A stretch of 64,000 nt of DNA from Styela clava (Eukaryota), in the NCBI RefSeq assembly GCF_964204865.1, contig NC_135253.1, forward strand, positions 23,746,001-23,810,000, written 5' to 3'. Position 1 is the first letter of the stretch. Each line of letters starts with the position of its first letter. The notes under the pieces were generated by a model. It ran no database searches, was not told the origin of the DNA, and saw only the letters and a list, made by a program, of their open reading frames with translations. Below are positions 40,014-53,400 of this stretch, piece after piece. The position numbers and the translations under genes are program-made.

Positions 40014-40357
40014 TATCGATTGTTAAACAATGGCATCCCGCCGAAATGGCGGCATGTTGAAAGGTTATGCCACGTGGCATCGGAAAGTTACATGCCATGT
40101 CGGGAACAAGGGCCAACAAAGGTCTGAACTCAGTGACTGATGACGTACGCGGAAGCTTTGATAAACAAACCATTGTTTATTTCCTTTATGCAATATTGTT
40201 TATAAGAAGTTCCTGCAATTTTATTGCGCCACAATGGTTTCTAAGATACTAAGGGAACAGGAACGCATAATCGAGTCTATATTTCTAGAAGACTGTAATT
40301 TATTGAGTTACAATCTATAACAGTGTTACTGGTATGTATCAAAATCACACCGAAAAT

Positions 40358-40363
40358 AATAAA
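40358..40363 (+). terminator. First candidate polyadenylation signal of BMP2/4 (others near 41394 and 42773)
   Basis: AATAAA about 345 nt after the stop codon. The hexamer is frequent in AT-rich DNA, so the true 3' end is undetermined. Confidence 0.3.
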
Positions 40364-41027
40364 GCCCTTTACGTGCCAAAGTTTGAGACTTGAACGAAAG
40401 AATACCCGGACAGAATATGATATCCAATTCCCACACGGCTACGTGTAGGAAATTTTTCTCAAATTCTGACTATAGAAAAATTAATCAATTTATATAAACA
40501 ACGAAATTCCCTGATATTATTGGTCGCCATTAGCTCAATAGTCCGGTATTTTTGAAAAGCGGCATGACTCGCAATTATGCACTTTATTCGAAAATATTTT
40601 TTCTGAATCCGGTCTGACATTATGACCAATTTGGACCGCTCTATAACTTTAACATTTTAAAAAACGTTTTCGATTGGCAAACTGGCCTTCACCTCATTGA
40701 CTTCACACTGAGTTTATAACAAATTTGGATACAATTAGGGCCGCCTTCAAATTGAGTTTCTCAAAAACCGTTTTACGATTAACAAGCTGGCGTGCGCTTC
40801 ATCCTGCACGATAAATTCATATAAAATTATAAACAAATTTGTACGATTTCACTAATTTTCTTTACTTGAGTCATGAAACAGTAATTTATTTATGCGCGTA
40901 GACAATCTGAAAATTTATCAATGTTATAAGAACAGCCCGTTGTGTTATTTATCTTATTTGACGCCAAAAATCCTGGACCACGCGTAAGATACACCGCTAT
41001 CTGTACCAGAGCCGCCGTTGTTATTAA

Positions 41028-41180
41028 CCCTTTCCTCACCGGACAAGTTTTACCTACCAAATCAAGTTGATATACAGTATAGATGTTTCAATTGAACGGT
41101 ATATTTGTATGTTGTTATTGCAATTGTGTGAAAATGTGAGACCTGTTTTATAGTTCCCGATGCGGTATTGCGATAAAGGG
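41028..41180. mobile_element. piggyBac-like MITE
   Basis: TTAA-CCCTTT...AAAGGG-TTAA: CCC/GGG termini with TTAA duplication; TIR short and degenerate. Confidence 0.55.
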
Positions 41181-43026
41181 TTAATATTACACTAACGTCA
41201 TGAGAATACGTGATTTTAGGGCGAGTAGGACGTGATTTTTAGCAAAAACAGCAAACCGACAGCTTTTCCAAAATAATTATCCTTGGTTTATGTAATCGTT
41301 TCATCTAAATATCGACAAGATATCGTTAACAGATTTTAAGTTGAACTAAATTCGAAAATGTTTACACATATGCGGCTTATATTTGGGCCTTACAATAAAA
41401 AAAATCTAATTTTTCGATCAAAGACTCTTCAAGTCTCAAAACGATTTTGAGACGCTCATACACGGGCCTGACTATTTAATCACATATCTTACCTGATATG
41501 CCAACAAGTTGTGACAAAACAAACTCAAAGTCATCAATAGGAAACCATTTTCAAAGTCAAATATTGATGTCAAATTTTACGGCATTTAGGGAACTTTGAT
41601 CCAAAATATATAAATATCTATGAGCAATCAGATATAACCAGGTGATGACGTAAATGATGAAATAGTTTAAGATCTTACTAAATATTTTCTTCGATTGTAA
41701 TGCAGAGTTAGAAATTTAGAGCCAAATATTTGAAAATGAAATATAACGATATGTACGTAGAATACCAGAGTGGGTGGGGGGATAAAATTTACACCACAAT
41801 CTGAGGGGACAACATTTTGATGACGTCACAAAATTGCCCCCATTTATATCTTTGAATAATTTGGCTCCTTTTTTTATTCAGCGTTAATTTTTTTTATTTC
41901 TTGCCAAATTCTTCATTTTGTTTTAACTCGTATTTTCAAATTGTTCTTTTTTATTATCGAAAATAACTATTTTATGATTTTTGTGCGAATTTAACGTTTT
42001 ATTTTTTTCGTTTCATATTCTGACAATGTTGTCGCCTAATTTATGTAAATCGAATTTTGCATACGACAATCCATATACCTGACTAGTCATTTCGCCTCGA
42101 ACAAAGCCCTAAACAAACATTCTCAAACAGCTTATGTTTTTTAACCTAATAACATTTAATTTCCTATATTAGATACAATGTACAATTTTACATCTTCAGG
42201 ACTAAATTAATATGTTTATCAATTACTCAATATTAGAACTGGGGAGCATTTATAGATAGGAATTCTGGAATACAAAACTATTAAATATTGTTTTTCATTA
42301 CGATACCACATTATTAAATAAGGCGAAATTATGCAACTTTGGTATGCGATCTCAGTGATCCTCAACGTGGTTTTAGGACGATGAGATCGCATGACGAAGT
42401 GACACCTACGAAAGATATTTTTGTCATAAATTCGACGCGTTTTGAATTTGATGGCCCCAATCAAAGTGTAACTTCCGAAGCAAATTTTGCGTATGTTTGA
42501 GAACACCAAAGAAAGAATTTTGTAATTAGAAACTATAGGTTAAATGTTTAAAGTTTGTAAAGCCTTATTTTTATTTAGTAACTCCGATTCCCCATCATTT
42601 ATTCCTGACGTTTAAAAGTATTTCTATTCAAGACAATCTTTGTTATTTTTTAATTGTAATTTATTTCTTTTTTAATATTTACATTTAAATAACCAACTTG
42701 GTGGTAGAATTATGCATTCCCTATCTATGATTGTCCTGTCGAATTGGTATGGTCAGCATTCAGTTTTTTTACAATAAATTTACAACATGGTAAAGTATTT
42801 TACTTGCTTTAAAAAAAAAATAGATAGCCTCTCACCTAACCCAGTAACATATTCGTTTTTGCCTAAAAATTGGTTGCAAATTCCACGCTAAAATTATGTT
42901 GTTACATGTTAAAAGGTATGAATATTTGGCCATAATTTCAATTTTATTATAGAAAGTTGCTTTCTAGTGGGTCCTTGTCACCTTTCTAATCGAATTCGAA
43001 ACTCAAAAACATTGTAAAAACTATTT

Positions 43027-43130
43027 GTAGCTCCCGAAGTATGTGCACCAAGATGGCGCACAACCTGAAAATAGTATGTGTACCAGGTTAAGGTTGTGCG
43101 CCATCTTGGTGCAAATACTTCGGGAGCGCC
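43027..43130. mobile_element. Family A MITE, short 104-bp subtype
   Basis: Near-perfect palindrome with two CAAGATGGCG motifs; TSD AACTATTT/AATTATTT. Confidence 0.9.
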
Positions 43131-43905
43131 AATTATTTTACGACCACCAACTATTTTTGCTTACTTCATTCATATCTAATGAAATTGAATACTCACAATA
43201 TGTGCCAGTTGGTTTCTTGCTATCCCAGAGTTTTTCCCTCAAGGTGAAAATTCCTGAAAGATATATAATTTTTTTGTTTTATATTTCTTTTTATTTATAT
43301 TTCGACAATTAACATATTGATTGATTTGGACAGTTTTGTTGAAATAAAATGCGAAGACAGAAATGCAACTTGTGTTTGGTTATGGGTTATTTTATTAGAA
43401 AGAGAATTGGGATATGGAGTAAAAATCTGTGTTGTAGGGATAATAGATCTTAGAGGGAACTTCCAAGTATTAGACTTCCTACTTTGTATTTTGGCTCGCA
43501 ACGTTGCCTTCAGACAAATTGCACAAAATAGTTACAGAATCTAGAATAGTGAACTTTCTTAAGGAGGTGTTTTAGGTGATCAGCATAAGGTGAAAAAAAT
43601 TCGGCCAGGGATAGCCCACCGAAAGTGTTGTTGTTTGCTGTTGTTAGAATGAATTCAATCCCTTTCCCGAGAATCGCAAGACTGATAGCTCATCAATAAT
43701 ATTTTTCGCAAAAACAAAACTATAAAACACTAAAGTTGCCATCAAACATCATTACCCCGTAAAACCAAAATGCAACATAGCTTGAAATAATAATATGCTT
43801 TCAAATGGTAGGTGTATAAGACCATTAAACTTGGGGAGACCAAGCCGAGTATGGAGGGAATAAGATTGCTTCCCACTTATATGGCATATCAATAGCGGTC
43901 TATAT

Positions 43906-44291
43906 CAGTGGTCGGCAAACTATATATACTACTGGGCCAAATATGCAAATTGACGGTAGCGCGCGGGCCTCATTAATTTCCATTTCTAAACAATTACCAC
44001 ATCTAACGTCAAATTATGACGCAGAGGCAAATTCTTTTTCTGTGTCAATAACAACTAACCTTAGGCACGTGTGCGAGCAAACGACATGCGACTGACATGT
44101 GCTTTCGCTTACGCTAATTACTACGAAACATACAGCGAACAACAGCCATTGCTAGAGCATACATCAGTGTGCATGCAGATGATAATAAACGTATGAGCAA
44201 TTTTAGCTTTTGCGAAATAAAAGCGAGGTTCTTTCGAAGGCAACAAAAATTTTTTGTGGGCTGCATTTGGCCCGCAGTTTGCCTACCACTG
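43906..44291. mobile_element. hAT MITE
   Basis: TIR CAGTGGTCGGCAAACT / AGTTTGCCTACCACTG; TSD GTCTATAT/GTCTATGT. Confidence 0.88.
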
Positions 44292-44563
44292 GTCTATGTA
44301 ACGGAATGTTTAATATATATAATGGAACTGGTATTCGTTCCAGATGCATTGGCATGGTCGCAGCAAAACAATCCATCGATTTCATTCCCACAAAACCATG
44401 AATTTCTCTATCAATTCGAATCCCTCAATAACAATCATTGTTGCGAATAATATTATGATAAACGATGTTACATCATTCAATAATACATAACATATGAACG
44501 ACATCCAGTGATTAATTTAATATACAAATTGTAACATAGTCGATATTACGTTTAAATCATGTA

Positions 44564-44759
44564 TAGGGTGTCCTCAAGACTTGAAAATTTTTTAAATTGC
44601 AAAGATAGTTATTGATACCATATTTTGTTTTGGTTCTCACAAATGTAATATATGAAGTAGAAATACTTAAACAAAAACTGATTAAACAACAAACCTGGTT
44701 AAGATTATTGAGAACTGACTTCATAACAAAAATTGTAAAAGGACTTTATGGACACCATG
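44564..44759. mobile_element. Tc1/mariner-like MITE, degenerate
   Basis: TA-TAGGGTGTCC ... GGACACCATG-TA termini; related to the 26311 element ends. Confidence 0.55.
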
Positions 44760-47523
44760 TATAACCAACCCAAACCATAAATTAATTGTCATTCGGTCTG
44801 CTTCTGTTATCCGCCTATTTCCTCCTGTTCAAAATAATACTATGGCATTGTTAGTAATCAACTATTCTTATGTTTATAGTTTTGAGTTAGAGAAAGTAAC
44901 ATTTGGAAATTTATACAATTTACGTCAAAATATGTGGTTACAGATCCGATAAATCATTTAAATAAGCTTTTGAAGACATATTCGACTGAATTATTTGGTC
45001 CGAAACCTTATTTTAATACATTATTAAATGACTGTTTTTTCATGGTGCAAAATACTGAAGCATACAACGTGCCCTTGGCGAGTCGAATGGAGAGAGTCAG
45101 TCAGACGCCTCAAAACTCGGCAGCAAACTTTAAACAAACCACTTCGACTGCTACTGAAATTACACAAACTTCTTTTAATACCTGCATACATGTCATTTCA
45201 TGGCGTAAATTACTGGACAGCCACAATCAGAATAAATACAAGTGGGTCAAATCATTCCGTATAATAAGTTACATCAAAATTCAAGTAAATTTACGTTTTT
45301 CTTTTCTAAAAGTGATAATTGATGCTCTGTCGCCCACACAGTCTCCCAGTAGCAAACCCAGTAGCGCCAACTCTGCGTTGTGGGCAAGACAAAACCGATT
45401 TGTTTTGACTGATAACCCCACAACAATGCGCACGGACGCGTGCTGGGGCAAAGTCGAGCTAATCAAGAACGTAAATTAGTCGGCTGTCAAGTTTAGCTCC
45501 AATTAACTAGGCGATGATCCTATAGGTTGCTACTTGATTATTTTTGCAAAATTACGTTTACAAACATGCACTGAACTCCAACGAAAATATTATGGCTTGG
45601 TTCGGGTTCAATTCTGACGTTAAATACAGTCTGATAAAACTAAGAAGGTTCCTCAACGAACAAAAATCACTTAGGCAAATATCAAGGCGGAAGGATTAAT
45701 TAATTAATATTAACCCGATGTAGTTTATTGGCTTATAGGCTGTGATAAGATTCATACAAAAGGTTTTTTTTGTATCAAACTCAATAGGTTTCCTCATTTC
45801 AGGAAATCATGCGAACTGTACGTGCTATTTACTAATCTATATTATTACGTATATAAGATACATTAATATGACACACTTGGCATAAATCAAATACGAAGCT
45901 TTCGAAACGTCAAATACTTCGATGCGAGCGATTCGCGCGAGCTCAATGGCTATGCACAGGGGCGGGGATAGGAGAGGGGGCCATAGGGGCAGACGCCCCG
46001 GTCATCACATTGTAAGGGACAGTAGATAAAAGAGTTCGATCTTACAAATGTGGGTATGTTGCTTAATTTGATGGTTATAAAATAATACAAACATTTTACT
46101 CTTACTTATCTTTTAATTTATTTATTCTCGTGTATAGCAACATACAGTATATAACTTGCTTATCCCGCAAATTATTTTCAAAGTTACGTAGGCTTAAGGG
46201 GTATTGGTATCAGAAACTCGTCCTGAGAAGCAAAAAAATATGGCACGCCCCTGGCTGTAGGTCAAACCAAGGAATCCACAGCGTCTACATAACTGGCGTC
46301 AAACCTGCTATAATCCTCTTTGTAATGGTAGATATGACGCGACATCCCGATGAAAGGACATACTAAAATGAAACCCAATTGCAGCACATGTCTATTTGCC
46401 TCGTTTTTGCTGATACGGAAAAAGAAAAAGTAATTGTGCGTTTCCTAACCCTGACATTGCTGAATTTCATCAATGAAAAAAAAATTGTATCTGGATGAAT
46501 GCTAATTTCTATTTTGAGAGGTGGCGGGCTCTTTATCGAAGATCCTTATTTATTTACAACACCGAAATTACGATGTGCGACTTGAAATCTTGATTGATTT
46601 AGCAGGTGCCGGAAAGCGAGTAGTACGTAGCAGTAGATAGGCAGTAAGTTGGACAGATACCGGAAACAGAGTTTTTATGCATAAAAAGATCGAAGATAGG
46701 AAAAGGGAGACATTTATCGAAACAGGTTGGGGACCGCTAGGCTAATCTCAAATAAACGGAGTTTTAGCAAGAAAATATAGAGTCAAGTATACGTTACTTG
46801 AAGTACTGGTATCATACCTTGAATGATATCCTCAAAGTCTTAGCTTCCCTATGTTCAAAGAAACGGTGCTTAATCCCATTCACTTATTTTTCCTGTCGAG
46901 AGTTTCCTTGCTTTTAAAACAATATCTCCTTGCCGGTACGCCGAAACCCATGTGTTGCAAAATCCTACACCACATTGGCTTGCCACACAACCTCCGGGAT
47001 TGTGAATTTGACAATTTGCGATAACGATGTTATATAGTTTATATTTTTATATTTGCACCATAAAAAATACCTTTTAATAAAATATTTTTTTTTGAAATAT
47101 TCAAATTAGACAATATTTGATTGTTATGTAGCATAAATTGCAATCATCACCGGTAATTTACATCAAAATGTGGCAACCTTATTATTTGCTAAAAGATTCT
47201 GTGACGCAACAAAAGAATATTTCTCAATATATCAGTTGCCAGTTTAATGACGTATTATAACGTTTGAATTTCAAGAATTTCTTATTATATCTATAATAAA
47301 GCAATAAAATATTAGGTAAGTTTATATAAAGGCTCTACATAAAGTTGGAAATTTATTTTGACTACAATTCGTCCAATTTGAATGATTATTTTATAGGATA
47401 TCAGATATTCCACATCGTTTTACTGGCAACTATAAATCATACAACTGTGTAATTTTCCTTGGATGCGCATCGTGCTTCGGAAACCTCTGCGTGAGTTTGT
47501 TGTATTCAGGATATAATTTACAT

Positions 47524-47633
47524 ATTTATCCCGGGGCGGGGAAAGCCGATAAAACGACTTGATCATACGGCGAACCACGGCCTCTCGTCCGGTTTCCAGT
47601 CCATGTTCGGGTGTAAGATTAGTTAGCCAGTTA
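47524..47633 (+). repeat. Dispersed repeat (possibly SINE-derived), second copy at ~53743-53860
   Basis: TTTATCCCGGGG...GAACCACGGCC.CTCGTCCGGTT.CCAGT.CATGT..GGGT.T.AGATTAGTTA shared between both loci; no pol III boxes confirmed. Confidence 0.6.
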
Positions 47634-50600
47634 TTTTTTTTTCTTATTTATCCCACATGTTTGATTAATTACTTGTTGCAGACAATATAATCTGTATGTA
47701 CTAGGAATACCTAGACTGAAATTATCTGTAACCTATGTTGGCATTGTAGAATATCGTATTGCGTACTGGAATATTAATGTAAGCAACTGATAAATGGAAT
47801 TAAAGTATTGTTGGAATATCGTATTGTGCAGTATCATTCATGTCTAGTGATTGGCTTAGATTGGCTAACGCTTATTTTTATTGAAAACATAAGCCGCAAT
47901 TCAAGGCACGTGCATGTCTTTAAAAATGCAAACAAACAAATTAGACTCGCTCTATTTTATCTAAGATTTGATCGCATTTCGGTATAAGTAGTAAGCACCA
48001 GTATGTTCCCCGGCTTTAATTTTATTTCTGAGGGGTGTTTTCAAATTTAGGTGGTGGCGGCTATTTTGTTATTAGTGATAAAACGATTTGTAAACTGTAA
48101 AGATGTGTTATGTAATTGACTGATCATCTGCATCGGCATATAAGTCACTTTCTAGATATTGGAATACAACTCCTCAAAATTGGGGGGTGTTCAATGATTT
48201 ATGTCTGTTAACGCTACACTTCTCAGGATAGAAATAGTGAAATATGACTGGTAGAACTACACCTGCCCTTATTTAGACTAAAATGGTATTCGCCAATCAT
48301 GCATCTGTGTTTCTCGGGTTATTTTACAATTTTTTTAGGCTATTTTAGTCAAGATTTTGTCAGTAAACATAACTTTAGTCACTGTAAAAAGTTGATACCA
48401 AACCTGTGAAAATCAAATATTCTCGAAGAGTTCTAGTCGTCATTATAATGTATTTATATTGCACTTCTGAAGTATTTCGGTCTACTTGAGTGTGATTTGG
48501 CGTGGCTGGCAGAACTACAGAAGTAAACAAACATGCAGGTGCGGTAATTGTTGTTTTCGCGACAATCAGCGAATCTGCGCAACAAGATGTGACTTGTTTA
48601 AAACAAACACAAACGTATTCCGTAAAAACAAACGTATGCATACAAAACAAAAGGCATTTTTAATTATTACAATTACCTCAATTTTATCAGCAGTACATAA
48701 CGGAGAAGATGAAAACGACGATGGTTGATAACAGTTTTTGATGATTGCTTTTGTTGTTGATGCGAGGCCGAAGGAGACTGATGCTATTCACATTTATTTT
48801 TCACTACGTAATGATATTGTTTTAGTTCTGCCCTTTTGTGCGGAAACCTTGACGTACACTTATTGTGGGCATAAGGATATGCTCTGTATCAGGTATGCTT
48901 CAAAGCTAGAGTAAGCGTACGAATGCAATCCATTCAATGGTATGTTGTTGAAGAACTTAATCCGAATTGCTGCAGTAAACTGGTTTAAATTTATGTTATG
49001 GGTTACAATTAATATAAAACTTGAGGCAAATAGTCAGAATAGCATATGAAGTGGTAATCTTTGCAAAATTGAGCTTTATTACAAGTGTTCTTGCAAAATA
49101 TATCAATCCATATGACTTGCCCGCATACCGTTATGCTTAAATAGTCGAACGAAAGGCAGAAAGAATTTGTCTTTTGTGCGCTTATAATGCTTGTCCAAAT
49201 TTACTAGCATTACGTAATACGCAGAAGCACTTGGCACAACTTTACGTAAACCGCTTTTATGAGAGAACAAAGAAAAAATTGCTACTTTATGACACAACAA
49301 TGGAGTGTCGTCTGCTGCTCGAGAAGGTTACAAATAACCTTCACAGAAACGTTTGGAAAGTTATAATCATTGGTAGATTAGTTGAAGTGGATTTAAATGG
49401 ACAATTTGTAAAACTACATGGAACTGGTGTTTATCAGAAAATTGTCCAGACGGTAGTTGGAATTCCTCTCTAGATTCCAATGAACTTATCATTGAAATTT
49501 CTTGCAATTAGTTTGAATTTTTTTCATTTATTTGTACTACGAGACCAACACGTTAAGTTATTACGGTAATAATAATAACCATAATAATGATAATTAGACA
49601 TATTGTTGGCCTCGTTTTCAAACCAAGCGATAACAATGCGAACTATATTAAACGTCTATGGCCTAGTTCGACACTACACATGAAACATATGTTTATGCAT
49701 TTGTGACATCTGACTGTGTTCTCACTAGAGGAGATTTCGTCGGTTTCGCGCAATAAATTTTCAAAATGCAGGTCGTTGGACTTCGGCATTTTCAAACTAG
49801 TCAACTTTACAGATAACTCATAGTTTTGCCCATTGACTAATTTGTTTTCTCTAGTGATTTGATTTTGTTGTAATTTTTTTTGAATTTTTCAATGCTTATC
49901 ATATGCTGAGCACTTCATTTACTATCATTCTATCGAGATGGTAGGAATCGGGAGAATATGAAGCTAGTACCCGTACATTTTCTAAACACGAAGACATTTA
50001 CGGTACGTAAGTGGCAGCACCACAATGTTGTAATGCAAGAAATAATTCCATCTAATCTATCGTACTCTTTGTTGGTGCTTTGTGTCAACCGTTTGTAATC
50101 GTTAATTGAACTTTGCTTTACAACGCTAAATCCTTGCCGTGCATTGTATTTTAACAATTGATTGCGCCCATAAGCTTGGCTGTTCAATAGCACTTGTGTT
50201 TTCTCCAGTTTGATGCAAACATCATTTTTGAAATAAACATTCCATTATTGTCGTTACGAGTTAAACTTAATTTAACCTCCGCTCTGAGGTAACGCATAGC
50301 TCGTATTCTGTAGTTTACGCGCTTGGGTATTTGGGCCGCTGTTTACTTCGTGAGCTTGCGCTTTAGATTGTGGTTGTATATATTATATAATATATAACAT
50401 AATATTATTGACATATTACTAAAAAAGTTGGGAACCACTGCATGATATATTTCATAGTATTGATAGCAGTGCTGTGTGTTTGTCGATTGTATTTGTTATC
50501 TGTGCTTGGTTTTATTACGCTGAATTTTAGTCATGTTATTTATTCAAACACGCTTTTATGTCCATGAAATTGCATGAAGTACAGTCTGTTGCATGTAACG

Positions 50601-51189
50601 CATAACTTAGTTTTGAGAATTGTTATTCCACTATTACTACAGCGCTCATTTATGCACCTGTTTGCTCTCTGAACGAGTAATTTTAAGTTCATGATTGTAT
50701 AATTGGAGCTGAATCATAATTGTCGTAATTATTGTAAAGTTAAATAGTTTTACAAAATCTGAATCAGACTCGAACATGACAAAACGCCAAAATTCATTTG
50801 ACATATCTTTCAAGTAGGCACAACTTGTGACACAAATTTGATATTTTTGTTGGAAAATTTGACCCGACTTGAGCGTAAAAATAAAAATCTAGACGTAAAA
50901 TATTATCCATTTGACATTGTTTTCAAGTAGACTCAAGAGTTGAAATAGGACTATAATTTAAGTAGCATTCATCTTCGTTGTAAGTACATTATCTTCGTCA
51001 GAACGTCCGTTTTGTTGGAAAATATTCGTCATTTGGAATTGTATTCGAATCATTGATTTTGTATTTTTGTCTTGTTACATATTTTCATACTGTGATGGAC
51101 GCTTCTACGGTATTTTTAATTAGAATAGAAGTGGAGTAACAGTGTAAAACGTATCTCGATTAAATAAAGTAACCACAGTAAGTCTAGAA

Positions 51190-51921
51190 CAGTGGTTCTC
51201 AACCTTTTATGGCTTGTGGCCCTCTTCCGGCGCTTTTTTTGCACTCATAGTCCCTCTGTTCGCCATTCCAAAAAACTTAACGTGTTGATTTGTATTACGT
51301 TTTTATTTTTTTGAACAATGCAAAAGCAAACCACAGACAATAAAGTAAAAGTTTTTCAGTATACAATCAATAACAATCTTGCGATTAGGACTGACTCACT
51401 AGGTTCCCTATCTTAGGCACTGTATTGACCAATGTGGCTTTCTTGTCAACCTAACTAGCTTGACAGCTAAGAAACCGATGTTAACCTCTCTCACTGGGGG
51501 AGGATTTTTGTCACGGCTATTTGATCACATTCTCTGTCATTTCGGTAAAACAAAAGCCAACGTAACTGTCGGTCTATTTCGTATTTTGGGCATTAGAAAT
51601 TTACAAATGAGATTTGCGTCTGTCTATAATACGATAGAGAAGGTTATATCGCAGTTGCTCAAAACTGCCCGTCTACAAGTTAGACGGACTACCAGCAAAC
51701 TATTTTGATTGAAGGAACCCAAATTCAATCATGATCAAACAATTCACGCACAAGGAAGTGAATGCACCCTGCGGTCGCGAATAACTTATTCAGGCAATGA
51801 ACGCCTGAACCATGAATTTTATTTTAAAGTTGCTTTATCATCCTAGAATCGTGTCGTGGCCCCCCTTGACATGCTTCGTGGCCCCCTTGAGGAGCCATCT
51901 GCCCCCGGTTGAAAAATAATC
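51190..51921. mobile_element. Non-autonomous hAT element (732 bp)
   Basis: CAGTGGTTCTCAACC start, GTGGCCCCC subterminal repeats, eroded right TIR; TSD GTCTAGAA/TTCTAGAA. A related end occurs inverted at ~58310-58372. Confidence 0.8.
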
Positions 51922-52520
51922 TTCTAGAATGTAATGGTATTTGACCGCGAAAGACGATAAGACGGCGTAACTCATTAGACATCCCTCCCTCATTCATTCA
52001 AATATAATAAAAACACTCTATCATATGAGTAAGATCATGTGCTTCCCCGGAGCCAGGTTTATAGAGTCAGAGTTGATTTATCGTCTTACGCGGGCTAGAC
52101 CTCATTTATGAGTAGATTAATATGATCTAGTATAGTAGATTTCCTCAAAATTCTCTTAAATTTATTGAATTTTAAAACAGCGTCTACAGCACCTGTTTTA
52201 ATAAACACAAAAATAAACTTTTTAACCTCAAATAGGAGAAAATCCCTCTCCACTATGAAAATACAGCACGGTGTACGAACGACAATAAATAAATTATCCT
52301 TGTGTTGAAATGAAAAAACCAAATTTTATTGCCTCATCCGCACTTCAGTGTTTATTTAACGAACACAAAGTCATGATTTAACCAAATACGAGGTTATTAT
52401 GATGCGAAATTTGATACTACCTGCTTACTTTTACGGTGTTTAAAATATCCTACATGCTCCCCAATTTTCATTTTATTATAGGGAGGTGTTTCCAAATTTA
52501 GGGAGTGATAGATATTTTGC

Positions 52521-52723
52521 GGTGACCGTACATTTGAACCCACGTACATTTGAACCCATGCGTATATCCACGGGTTCAATCTATATGCGGGTGCTAAAAC
52601 CCATGGGTTAGGGTTAGTATGGGTTTAACTATCGGTGAAACAAAAAAAATTTCATAGGTGCAATAGCATACAGGTGCAATTGTCATGGGTTCAAATGTAC
52701 GTGGGTTCAAATGTAATGGAACC
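52521..52723. mobile_element. Family B MITE (203 bp)
   Basis: About 6 mismatches to 18069-18271; perfect 9-bp TSD ATATTTTGC; internal GGGTTAGGGTTAG. Confidence 0.93.
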
Positions 52724-53194
52724 ATATTTTGCTATTAGCGATAAAACTATTGGTAACTTTTAAAAAAATAGCGAGAAAACTATCCGTAATTGTGTTATGT
52801 ATTTGACTGACCACATGCACTGGTATATACCCTACATTCTGGATATTCAAATACAATTATATATAAGTTAGAAATTGAAATGAGTTGTTACATCTTGATT
52901 GTTTGAAATTTCAGAAGTTTGGGTTGTTAACACCAATGTTCTAGGTTAGATAGGTGTACGTAAATCTGTAGTTACACCTCGAATTAGGGGGTACTTGACA
53001 TTTCAGAGGGAAGGGGGTAGTTTACCCCTGCAGGGAGGGGACACCACTGCTTTGGTTTAGCGTATACGTTAAATTTCAGGAAAATAGTCCAGTGGGCATG
53101 TGAAGTGAGAATGAGTGTTACGCAAAATTAGATACACTTCTTTTATTCCCAACAAGATTCCGTAAAAAAACATTGCAAGTTTATTTCATTTTTA

Positions 53195-53400
53195 GGCGCT
53201 CCAGAAGTATGTGCACCAGGTTAGGGTTAGGCCATAATTTTATTTCAGTTTTCCTTTTTTGGTTCTATTACGAGTTTGGCGACTAGTGGCGACAAGTGGC
53301 TCCCGTTGTATTTGTGTCTAAAATTATGGCCTAACCCTAACCTGGTACACATACGACGTTTCGGTTTCCGCCATCTTGGTGCACATACTTCTGGAGTACC
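53195..53400. mobile_element. Family A MITE, 206 bp, lacking one CAAGATGGCG module
   Basis: GGCGCTCCAGAAGT...ACTTCTGGAGTACC termini, two inverted TTAGGG blocks; no TSD. Confidence 0.85.

Noticed and set aside
40137-40160. CTGATGA...GAAG resembling a hammerhead ribozyme core
   Set aside because: GAAA is replaced by GAAG, stem II is only 2 bp, and no stems I/III with an NUH site could be built.
39230-40173. Antisense ORFs over BMP2/4 exon 2
   Set aside because: Shadow frames of a GC-richer coding exon, with no independent evidence.
44934-45479. 181-aa ORF, the longest outside BMP2/4
   Set aside because: GTG start, no recognisable domain or splice context; likely chance, helped by a locally GC-richer segment.
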